DNA from: Malacoraja senta
Lineage: Eukaryota
DNA length: 64,000 nt
Direction: 5' to 3'
NCBI GenBank assembly: GCA_038087875.1
Contig: CM075988.1
Location: 25,978,001 to 26,042,000, forward strand
Each line of letters begins with the position of its first letter. Positions within the stretch are counted from its first letter, which is position 1. This document shows positions 25,801-37,800 of this stretch, one piece after another. The notes under the pieces were generated by a model that saw only the letters and a list, made by a program, of their open reading frames with translations, was not told the origin of the DNA and searched no databases. The position numbers and the translations under genes were made by a program.

Positions 25801-28800
25801 GCCACCAGAAAAACAACAAACTGACATCAGCCATAAAAGCTCTCCACAGAGTGTTTCACAAGAGCACTCACAGAAAGTAAACCAGGTTCCTCATCAACAC
25901 AGTGACCAGCCGTTTGAGGAAGGCAGCTCTTCCCCACCCTCTGAAGCTCGGCAACAGGCTATAATAGTTTCACCTCTGCGGAAACCTAGCAAACAACCTC
26001 CTCAGCCACCTGAACCCAGCATGCCTCTGCAGCCAGGTCACGTGCAATTAAAGAAAGAATCAATCAAGCCTGTTCTGAATGACTCAAAGAAAAAACAGCC
26101 ACCGCAAACGGAATCAGGTAATCTGAACATGACTAGGTCAAGTTTACACACTTTGTTGCTGGGTGTTCGTGCTGAGTAGAATTTGTTATGAAGCTCGTCC
26201 ATCTTTTCCAAGAAGGTGCCAGCTCAGTTGAAAAAAAAAGGATATTTATCAATATTGCAGGGCTTAAACTTCATCATATGCTGGCACTTCCCTCCACTTC
26301 AGCCACACTCTTATGTGGCATAGTGGCCTTGCAGCTTGCACACCTGCTGATAAACCTTTGTGTAAGTTGGATATGAGGTTGATTCCTTGCAGGAGGGGGG
26401 AGGGGGTGGGGTGTTGCAGTGAGCGTGAATAGAGTGAAGCTAGAATCAGATTGACCACCTCTGCAAGCAGCATTGTAATTTGCTAGGTACACAAAAATGC
26501 TGGAGAAACTCAGCGGGTGCAGCAGCATCTATGGAGCGAAGGAAATAGGTAACGTTTCGGGCCGAAACCCTTCTTCAGACTGATAGGGGGTGGGGAGAAG
26601 AAAGGAAAAAAGGAAAAGGAGGAGGAGGAGCCCGAGGGTTGGGGGAGGGGAGGAGACAACCAGATGGCTGATGAAGGGGAGGGGACAGCCAGGGCTAGCA
26701 GAATTGGGAGAATTCAACGTTCAGGCCACCAGGGTGTAGACTGCCCAAGCGGAATATGAGGTGCATTTCCTCCAATTTACGGTGTTGCTCGCTGTGGCCA
26801 TGGAGGAGACCCAGGACAGAGAGGTCAGATACGGAATGGGAGGGGGAGTTGAAGTGCTGAGCCACCGGGAGTTCAGGTTGGTTATTGTGGACCGACCGGA
26901 GGTGTTCGGCGAAACGATCGCCAAGCCTCCGCTTGGTCTCACCGATGTAGATCAGCTGGCATCTAGAGCAGCGAATGCAATAGATGAGGTTGGAGGAGAT
27001 GCAGGTGAACCTCTGTCGCACCTGGAACGACTGCTTGGGTCCTGGAATGGAGTGGAGGGGGGAAGTGAAGGGACAAGTGTTGCATCTCTTGCGGTTGCAA
27101 GGGAAAGTACCAGGGGAGGGGGTGGTATGGGAGGGAAGGGAAGAATTGACAAGGGAGTTACGGAGGGAGCGGTCTTTGCGGAAGGCAGACATAGGGGGAG
27201 ATGGGAAGATGTGGCGAGTGGTGGGGTCACGTTGGAGGTGGCGAAACTGACGGAGGATCACTTGTTGTATGTGACGGCTGGTGGGGTGAAAGGTGAGGAC
27301 TAGGGGGACTCTGCCTTTGTTGTGAGTGGGGGGATGGGGAGAGAGAGCAGTGTTGCGGGGTATGGCAGAGACCCTGGTGCGAGCCTCATCTATGGTGGAG
27401 GAGGGGAACCCCCGTTCCCTGAAGAATGAGGACATTTCAGATGCCCTGGTGTGGAACGCCTCATCCTGGGAGCAGATGCGGCGTAGACGGAGGAATTGGG
27501 AGTGGGGGATGGAGTCCTTACAGGAAGCAGGGTGGGAAGAAGTGTAGTCCAGATAGCCATGGGAGTCGGTAGGTTTGTAGTGGATGTCGGTAAGGAGTCT
27601 ATCACCTGCGATGGAGATAGTGAGGTCAAGGAATGGTAGGGAAGTGTCGGAAATGGTCCAGGTGTATTTAAGTGCCGGATGGAAGTTGGTGGTGAAGCGG
27701 ATGAAGTCAGTCAGTTGTGTGTGGGTGCAGGATGTGGCACCAAAACAATCATCGATGTAGCGGAGGTAGAGGTCGGGGATGGGGCCCTGGTACGCATTGA
27801 ACAGGGATTGTTCTACGTACCCGACAAAGAGGCAGGCGTAGCTGGGGCCCATGCGTGTGCCCATAGCTACGCCTTGTATTTGGAGGAAATGGGAGGAGTC
27901 GAATGAAAAGTTATTAAGTGTAAGTACCAGCTCCGCTAGGCGGAGGAGGGTGTCAGTGGCCGGGTATAGATTGCTTCTCCGGTCGAGGAAAAAACGGAGG
28001 GCTTTGAGACCATCCTGGTGGGGGATGGAGGTGTACAGTGACTGGACGTCCATGGTGAAGATGAGGGGGTGAGGGCCTAGAGAGTGGAATGCGCGGAGAG
28101 CATCCCTCTGCCTAGGGTTGCCTGGTCATCTGTCACATTATAAAACTGATCGGCGCTGTGTCTTGTGTCTTGCAAGGTAAATATCCTGTGTTACAGTGTG
28201 AGGCTGGAGATAGCTATCCTTGCAGGCAGGTACTGGGAAATTCTGTAACATGTTTGCATAACAATCAGATATATTTAATTTGGATATCTCTCCTACTTCT
28301 AAAGAGTAATCATCTCCGTGTTGCTGCCATAATTATTTATCTCCGAGCAAGAAATCTTCCATACACTTATTCTGTCTGCTGCCATTCGTTAGTGCATTTG
28401 CTTTGGGGGAAATGTGCTGAACACTGTGATTGACGTGAAATATAGAATTAATTTTCCATATTTATTTATTTTATTTAATTCCCTCGCTTGGGGTTCTTGA
28501 TCAACATACTGTCTCCTAACAAAAATGAAGGCAAGCAGGCTATTTGCTTAAATATTGTAATTCCCGTCTTCAGTGTGCATCTTGGGTGACAATGTGGCTT
28601 ATTTCCCATTCCATGGGAGCGCTACCTAACAAAATTGAGCCCTTGCCATGAGAGAAAATAGATTGACACTTATCTCCTGTTATGGGCATGCATATTGCTC
28701 ATCCCTTACTGGCCTTGAGCGGGTTGATGGTGGGTTACCGTATTGAATTATTGCAGTCCACCCTGCGTATGAGGGTGCAGCCCACCGTAAGGCTGTTGGG

Positions 28801-31800
28801 AAAGGTCGAGGATTTAGATCCAGTGACACAGAAGGAAAGTTGATACTTTTCCAAGTCGGAAGGGTTTGCGACTTGGAGGTGATGTTCCTGTGCAGGGCCT
28901 ATGTTGAGTCACTGAAGCTGGAGTCTTGCTTGATTTCTGTTCTCTTTTCTGGAGTGCTGAAACCATTCATAGAGTCCAAAATGCTGCACTGGGTGAGATT
29001 TTAATTAAACACATTACTGTGTGACCTTGTGGTCCATATAGCTCAGTTATATTCTGTTTTTATAACTTTAACTGTTAGGATGCTCCATAGTGCTGACATT
29101 CATTGAAGGTTTCACAAAGTCCTCAATATTTTCAGTCACAAAAGCCAGCTGTGCCTTCTGTCAGATATCAGGATTTTATTGCATTTATCGTATTTAGTGG
29201 GGGAAATGCCTCCTAAAGTGTGAACCTGTTGTCAGTGAAAGGTTCATCTTGGCTTGTCACTTAATAAAATCTTTGTTTCCCCAGCACTAGAGCTGAACAA
29301 GCAGAAGAAACCCCCTGCTCGTTTCAATATTCAGTTAAAAACTAAAAAGCCGAAAGAAAAGGTGAGATTTAAACTTTCATCGTAGGTTTTTAATTCTACC
29401 TTAAAGATCAACTCCAAAACATTCTGGTGCACACATGTTGTGCTAGGTTATTCTGGTGACATTAAAAAGCTTTTGGTGATTGCGTTTGTCTAAGATGTCT
29501 TCTGTAGGTCACTGAAATCAGTTGGTCTTTTTACAATGCTATTCTATTTGAATGGTAGAACAGTGTCATCAAACTTTGTTTCATGTTGAGGCCAAAAAGT
29601 TATTTCTGTGTTACCCGGGCTAAATTTCACATTTAGAATTTCCAATGCAAACTGGGAATTCAGGTGTGCAATAGTCAATGTGCCAGATATTTTTACTGTG
29701 ATTTTCCATCTAGTAAGGTTATTACAGATAACTGTGTAGGCTACAAATAAGGTGTGTACTTGCATTCATAGACCACGCTTGTGTTGTGCTAAATTGTGTT
29801 GAGGAATGCCCAACTGTAAATCTTACATAGCTGTGCATCTCTTGCCTTGTGGTTACTTCTGCCCTACACCTATCTCTTTTTCTTCATGCCATGCACAAGT
29901 GCAACATGTGGTTCAAGAGGACTATGGGATATCAGAGTTGTCCTAGATGTACACAAGAAGCCTGTTGTTGATTCTCCTTGGGACTTTATTTGCTATTGGA
30001 AGGAAAGCATCATGTCTCTTCCTGATGTCTTCCTTAGTCTTTCCCACCTGTGTAGAATCATTTGATGGGATTGGGGAAACTTGTGGTGTTGTTGATTTTG
30101 GTTCACGTAGAAGTGTATGGTTTGAAAGGGAGATTACCTTGTTTTAAAATGAATTCCCTTATTTCCTCCCCACCTCCTACTTTGTGCAGGTACAATTCCA
30201 CTAAGGCTGGCAGTTTCCTGGTGCATTGCCAAATGTGCATTTTAATGTATGCGAATCCAGACAGTGAGTGTCATAAACTCCTTGACTGTATGGAGCATTA
30301 CAGACATTTTACTTGATAATTTTCTTTTTACATTTGTACTGGATACTGAGACCATTTGTAGCATCAACTGTTGCCCCGACTGAGAGGTGTTGACAGCACA
30401 TTCTGGGCCCGTATGCCTTAGTCCAGTATTAAGTAGTGCCTTTTAGTATGTGGACAGCTGTGGGTAACTTTGGAATAAAATCCAGTGTTGGCTAACTTTT
30501 TTGAGTTAATTTTACAAATTAACCAGAGACCAAGACTTGCTGGCTGGGAGCAGCATGTAGTAAGACATTGGAAGCAAACTCCCCATAATGGAAGATCATG
30601 GAAACTAAATCTATAATTTCCCAGTCTGGGCTCTGCACGTGATCAGGCTCACCACAGGGAATGCTATTGTTTGCAACATTCTCCTGGGTTTTATTACTTT
30701 AATAGAAGCATTGTCAATTCTAGCTGTTCAGTAAGACTTTATTTCATTGCTGGACAAATGATGATTTCTTTCCTGATCTTGTTAAAATAGACAAATCAAA
30801 ACCTAAATAGACAAATTGTTAAAATAGACAAATTAAAATATAAATATAGATTGAAGGATGTTTACTTTGAACATCGATAATCAGGATCTTTTTTCAAATT
30901 TGGTTTCATTGCTTGTTGGACAGTGTCGTTGCTGCTCAGCCTTGAATATTCTTGTCCAAATTGTTAATACAGATGATAAACAGCAATGGGCCCAGCACCG
31001 ATCCCCGAGGTACACCACCAGTCCCAGACCTCCAGTCTGAAGAACAATCTTCCATCACCACTCTCTGCTTCCTACCAGGAAGCCAATTCTGTATCCTGTT
31101 ATGAGGGAAAGCAGATACAAGCAGCAGGAATCAGAGAGTGGGCGCAGGGTTCATTCCCTCGACAGATGCTGCCTGACATGTTGAGCTCTTCCAGCACCTA
31201 GTATTTTGCTCTGTGTCCGGTCAGTTAGCTCACCCTGGACCACGTGCATTTTAACCAGCCTACCATGGGGACTCCGTGTCTAATGATGATTCATATATCT
31301 CAGCCAGCTCTCCTGCAATTTATTCTCTAGCTTCCCGCTGTATCCTTGGATATGGGAGCTTTTATCTACCTTCATGCATCTTGGAACGTACAGCATCCCT
31401 TTCCTGTAATACAGACTGCCCTCAGTTAACTGTCACAAGTTCCCTAGTCGTTGTCTTTTTCTGTGGTAAAAAGAGAGGAGAAATATGTATTGAGTTCCCC
31501 ATCTCCTGCAGCTCCACACATAGCTGACCTCTTTGCTTTTTGAGTGGCCCCATTTTCTCCCTAGTTACCCTTTTTGCCTATAATACACTTACAAAATCTC
31601 TGGTTCTCCTTAATTTTATCTGCCTGAGATACATCTCATGCCCCCCTTTTTGTCTTCCTGATTTCCTTCTTAAATATGCTCCTCAATACCCTATACTCCC
31701 ACTGGGAAACACTTGATCTGAGCTACTTATACCTGACCCATGCCTCCTTTTTCCTGACCAGGTCCTTTTGTGTAGGATTCATCTGTTTTAGACAGAGGAT

Positions 31801-34800
31801 CGCTGACATTTCCATGCTTCTGCTGATTTAAAACCTGAAGTTTGAGTTAATGCCAAGGTTATCATTTTATAAACATTCAGGCTTTATTGCAACCTGTAAA
31901 CGTGCTACTAACATGGCAGTGGTTTGAAATATCTAGAAGAACTGCTCCATCTGGGCTGCTTTACCTAATATCCATGTTTCATGAATTTTGAAAGAAAACA
32001 TTAATTCATGTATTTATAAGAGTGGTGCTTCTCCCTTTCATCTTCCTGTCAGGACAGAACTATTTCAACTATCTGTTGGAGCACCCTGTCATTCTGCGAG
32101 CAGGTGTAACTCGGGTTGATTTTGCTGTTCAGCATTCCTACACTCTTAGGATCTATGACACCTGCAGCTTGGCTTGGGTGTATCTGGGACCTTTTATTTG
32201 ATAAAGTAAGCCTTGAACACATGTCCTACCTGTTTTATAAGGCAGTGGGTCTACACAACATCTCATTAGACTGCCTGGCTACTTCATGGAAAGCTTCTAT
32301 TTAGCGGAAGAAGGAGTACTGAAATAGAGCATGAATCAAGGCATGATAATTTAGAGGAGAAAACCGAGGCAGGGAAAATAAGAACAGGGAATGTTGAGAG
32401 GAGGTTGAGGAAGGATAGTGATGAATTGGAAAGTTTCAACTGCGATATAAATGCATGGAAGTGTGAAAAAGGAATAAAGGATGTATAAAAAGTGATGCAC
32501 AGGAAAAAAGTAGAAGAGTGATATGGAAATATGAATCACCAAATGTATTTTGCAAGGTGTAACACTGTAAGTACTGGAATCGGTATGTATTGTTCCATTT
32601 ACTGGAGTCTAAGATGGTCTTTTCATTTCCACCTGTTCATGAAGTGAAACTACCGTTTCTGTTCAGCATTAGGATTATATAGCATGTACAATTCCATGAA
32701 CATTATGCTTTCTGAGCTTTTTCTCAATCATGTTTTCCAACACTTTGTTTATTTCCTTTGTTGGGCGGGACCAGCTCTAACTTAGTTTTATTCTCAAAAT
32801 CCCATTTCACTGTTGGTTTATTGTTGCTCCCAATGGGAAGATTAACTCTGGGTATTGGTGATAAAAATGTGAATACTTCGCTGGTTTGGAACAATGAAGT
32901 TTACATTTTCTTTGTTCCGAGGTAATACAAAAGGCTACTGTTGATATATTTACATGGAACAGGCCCTGGGCCCACAATGTCTGTCCCCAACATGATGCCA
33001 AGACTAACCCGAATCTGCGTGCACACTATCCATATTCTTCCATTCCCTGCATATCCGTGTTCTTATCCAAAAGTGGCTCAAATGCCACTATTGTATCTGC
33101 CTCCACAACCACCACCCCTGGCAGCTCATTCCTTGCACTTGCCACCCTCTGTGTTTAAAAAAAAAAAAAACTTGTCCCGCTCATCTCCTTTAAATTTTGA
33201 CCTCCCACCGTAAGGTTCTGCCCTCGAGTATTTGATATTTCCATCCTGGGAAAAAGATTCTGCCTACCATATCTATGCCAACTACTGTAGCACTATAATT
33301 GGCTTTTGGCTGTGAGCCCCCGTTCATCAGGATAAACTTGACAGCAATAATGCAAACGTATATTAGGGGTTAAATCACCTGATTTGTAATTAAATGATTT
33401 CCCCTCCCTATCATAAAGAATTTTCCATTGGCTTGTGCAGTGTCCATTGAATTGAAATGGATTGAACTACATTAGATACAGATTCATGACAACCTAGATG
33501 CTTGGCCTTGGAAAGAACATTTATAGGTTATTAAGAAATGATAATTGGACCTAGTTTATTACTGTTAACACTGGATCGGTGAGTGCCAGTGTACTTAGTT
33601 TGGAAGTTGCCTTGTTAGATTATCATGCTCTTTCTACAGTTGAGTTATTCACTAAGTTTTGCTTGAGAGCACAGAACTCCATTCAGGGTTATTGAGAATT
33701 TTTCTGTGGAACGCTATAATGTGCTCAATGTAAGAGTAATTGGTTGTGGACTTGTGCTGGGTTTCCCCCATATGGGCCGGTCCTAATTTAAATTTGGCCT
33801 CTGGATATTTGTTCTCTGGAACATCTCCATTGAAAGAAAATACAAAATCCAATGGCAAGTAAATCTGTTTCCACAAATTTTGACAGACACTTGCTTTGGT
33901 TGATACATACATAACTATATTGAGTCCATTTTAGGTTTACGTCCACCACAGGATAGGATGTAAGTTGAGAGCAAAAGCATATGGAAAAAGTTACCTTGGC
34001 TACTGGTGAAAGACATGTACGGTTATTCTTGAGGCATTATAGTAATTCCAAGCCTTCCATTCATATTACTGGATAAAATGTACTGAGCACCTTGAAACTG
34101 ATTTCATAAAATGCTATTGCATCCTCGATTCTGATTCCTAACCTATTGATTCTCAGATTGAGGTATCCACACCTTTGGACCCTTGCGAGGAATCTCCTTT
34201 TAAGTGGGCGAAACTGCAATAGCAGATTCCTAATGTCAGGGTGACCTATATTTGAGGGGTTAAAGCAAGATTTGGAGAGACAAGTCTCATTGGTGGTTTT
34301 GAGGATATTTGGGAGGGGACTTGGCAGGTATTGGAGAGAAATCTTATAGATTGGAGAGTTGGAAGAACAAGAGACTGCAGTTGCTGAACAAAAATAGACT
34401 ACTGGTTTATTTGGTGGTAAAGCAACATATGTGAAGGTAAAGGGAAAGCCGATGTTTCGGGGGTTGACCCTGCATCAGGGATGAAATATTGGCTATGCCT
34501 TTGCCTCCACAGATGCTGCACTATCTTCTGAGTTTCTCTGCCAGTTTGCTGATTGGGGCGTTTTGGGGCAAATGATGATGTTTAGGTAGGTTTCCTACAA
34601 GATGGTTAACATTTAAATGGTTAAAATACAAAACATGATGGTAATGGTATACAGCTAACAAATTTGTAACAGTGCATAGTATAAAGAATCTTTGGCACCT
34701 TGTTCTACCTGAAGGCACTAAAGTGATGGACAGTAGAAGCGTGTTGTACTTGAGGTAGCTCTCAATGGACTACCTGTTTGACATAGCCTCTCTCCCCAGT

Positions 34801-37800
34801 ATGTATTCTGAAATGATTCAAAAATATTCTAGCTGTTGAAATTTTTACTATAAGGGTTCTACATGCAGTCTGTATGGTTTTGAAATTGGAGGTTTCTTTT
34901 TTGTTTTACTCAGTTTAGAAACATAATTCCCTACACCAATTGCATCAGTTCCAATCTACCAATGCTCCCCTGAATGAAGGTATTTTGTAACACTGAGTCA
35001 TGCAGATGATAAGCTTTCAATTCCTCATGGATGCTGATTGAGCTGATCTCAGCTGGGACAGCAACTGAACCTCTGCAGATGGTCTCAACTCCTCTCCACT
35101 AGGATAGGAAACATTAACTGGTCGGGGGAGGGGTTTGAAATAAACCACATTCCAGTGACATTCCTTTTATTTATTGTACAGAAAGTAGTTTGCATAGAGA
35201 TCTGTTAAAGAAGGAACTGCAGATGCTGGAAAATCGAAGGTACACAAAAATGCTGGAGAAACTCAGCAGGTGCAGCAGCATCTATGGAGCGAAGGAGATA
35301 GGTAACGTTTCGGGCCGAAACCCTTCTTCAGACGTCTGAAGAAGGGTTTCGGACCGAAACGTTACCTATTTCCTTCGCTCCATAGATGCTGCTGCACCCG
35401 CTGAGTTTCTCCAGCATTTTTGTGTACCTTTGCATAGAGATCTGTTGTATTTGAACTTGCTTACAGAAATTTTATGCCTTGAAAATGTTGACCCCCCCCC
35501 CAAGTAAAGGCTTTCATTTAGAAATATTTAGATTTTTTTAAGTAGTGTTACCTACACAGGCACTGCTTTTATATTTGGCAACAGATACAGCTGTGCACAA
35601 AACAATTGTATTGATTTCATGCTTCTTATTTTTAGGACAAAGTGATTCCTCCCAGTAAGTTTGAACCCAGTACTCTGAATCTACTCACCACGTTCACAAA
35701 CGTCAGTTGTGGAAAACAGAAGCCGTTATTGGATGGAGTCCACAGGATCAGAGTGGATTTCAAGGTAGAAACAAGAACTCTGAGGCTTCACATTTGCACA
35801 CTTGACCACATTGGCTCTGGGAAATGGCGGCTGCAATACTCATTTACGTTGCCTTTCCGCCATTAACCATTATTTCTACAAGCATGCATGCAAAGTTCTA
35901 AACATTTAAACATGTTTTTGTAACTGTGAACCCAAGGACAATAGTATAAAACACTAAAATCTTGGATAGCAATATTTCATAAGGGACATATCAACATATT
36001 CTCATTCTATGGGTGTAAGGAGGTGTAATGATGACTCTTTATTTTATTATTTTCCCACTATACCTCCAAGTTACTACTTTGTAGTATATTGCTTGGCCAA
36101 CTTGTAGAACTGATTGTGTAACAAGCTTATATGTATCCAGGCCATGCCAACAACCCCATCAATCTTCAGGACGGTTTTGATCCACATTGAACTTATTTCT
36201 GACTTTGAAAGGAATTGCAGGCACACTATGGATGTGTGTTTTAAATTTTCACAATAATACAAGGAATATTGCTGATAGTGTTTCTGGGATTATCATGGAA
36301 ACCACTGTATTCTGAATTAAAGATTGAGGTAAATCCTATTTACTCCAGTTAGTGCCAGAATTTAACAAAACACCGCCTGTAATGAACTTGTGTGTTCCGT
36401 GACGGTTATGATACTATTTACCCTATATCAGTGTTCTCTATGTGGATGTATGTTCATCCTGGCATAGATTGCTTTACTTTCATCATAGCAAAAGGATTTG
36501 AGTATAGGAGCAGGGAGGTTCTACTGCAGTTGTACAGGGTCTTCGTGAGACCACACCTGGAGTATTGTGTACAGTTTTGGTCTCCAAATATGAGGAAAGA
36601 TATTCTTGCCATAGAGGGAGTACAGAGAAGGTTCACCAGACTGATTCCTGGGATGTCAGGACTTTCATATGAAGAAAGACTGGATAGAATCGGCTTGTAC
36701 TCGCTAGAATTTAGAAGATTGAGGGGGGATCTTATAGAAACGTACAAAATTCTTACGGGGTTGGACAGGCTAGATGCAGGAAGATTGTTCCCGATGTTGG
36801 GGAAGTCCAGAACAAGGGGTCACAGTTTAAGGATTAGGGGGAAATCCTTTAGAACCGAGATGAGAAAAACATTTTTCACACAGAGAGTGGCGAATCTCTG
36901 GAATTCTCTGCCACAGAAGGTAGTTGAGGCCAGTTCATTGGCGATATTTAAGAGGGAGTTAGATGTGGGCCTTGTAGCTAAAGGGATCAGGGGGTATGGA
37001 GAGAAGGCAGGTACAGGATACTGAGTTGGATGATCAGCCATGATCATATTGAATGGCGGTGCAGGCTCGAAGGGCCGAATGGCCTCCTCCTGCACCTATT
37101 TTCTATGTTTTTATGTTTCTATATTATATCTAGAATGTTATGTATTATTTATTGTAAATTGCATATAATGTTCTCCTTCTGAAGAACTGAGTAAAGTTAT
37201 TCCCAATGAAACTCATCTGTATGAAGCAATGTATTCAGAAACCTGTTGCATGAATGTTGACTTGAGTTAGATGTTTCTTGTACTTAATGCAATTATCTGC
37301 AGAACTCTAACTGAATTTGATCCAAAAAGAATAACTAGCTTGCTGTTTATTTTCTGATATAATTCTATTGACTTTTTAGGAGGACTGTGATGTGGAGAAT
37401 GTGTGGGAATTGGGTGGACTTAGCATCCTGACCTCTGTACCCATCACTCCCAGGGTGGTGTGTTTCCTCTGCGCCAGCAGTGGACATGTGGAGGTATGGT
37501 TCCCTGCTAATGTTAATTTAATTAGATGTCTGTTTGGATGTAATATCAAATACCACTGCATTGAGGGAAACTAATTTCTGTTTTGGGCAACTTATCTTAA
37601 CACTGGGTATGAGAGGAATCTCACTGCACCTACTTTAGTCTTTTGGTTTAAACAGCAAGCAGCATGAAGGCAAATTGGAATGCAGAATAGAATGTTTAAA
37701 CTTATTGGGAGCATTGAAAATCTTAGAAGTGTGAAAGCTACAAAGTTGTCAGTTTCTCTTAACTGGACATATATTCTCTGATCCTTCCGCAAAGACCACT

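Noticed and set aside
26392-26412. G-quadruplex-like G runs in intron 7
   Set aside because: Short G-tract clusters are common; no further support from sequence alone.
26721-28072. Overlapping ORFs (e.g. 26761..27303 +, and the matching 37749..38207 -)
   Set aside because: Antisense shadows of the GC-rich PLE coding sequence, duplicated only because the PLE is duplicated.
26450-28125. TSD for the long PLE copy
   Set aside because: Only short matches (CTAG, CCTCTGC) that are not positioned symmetrically at the ends.
30781-30850. AAATAGACAAAT repeated three times
   Set aside because: Short local slippage duplication with no evidence of function.
36392-37024. 210 aa ORF as a novel gene
   Set aside because: CR1 ORF2 C-terminus fused by chance to upstream intronic codons.
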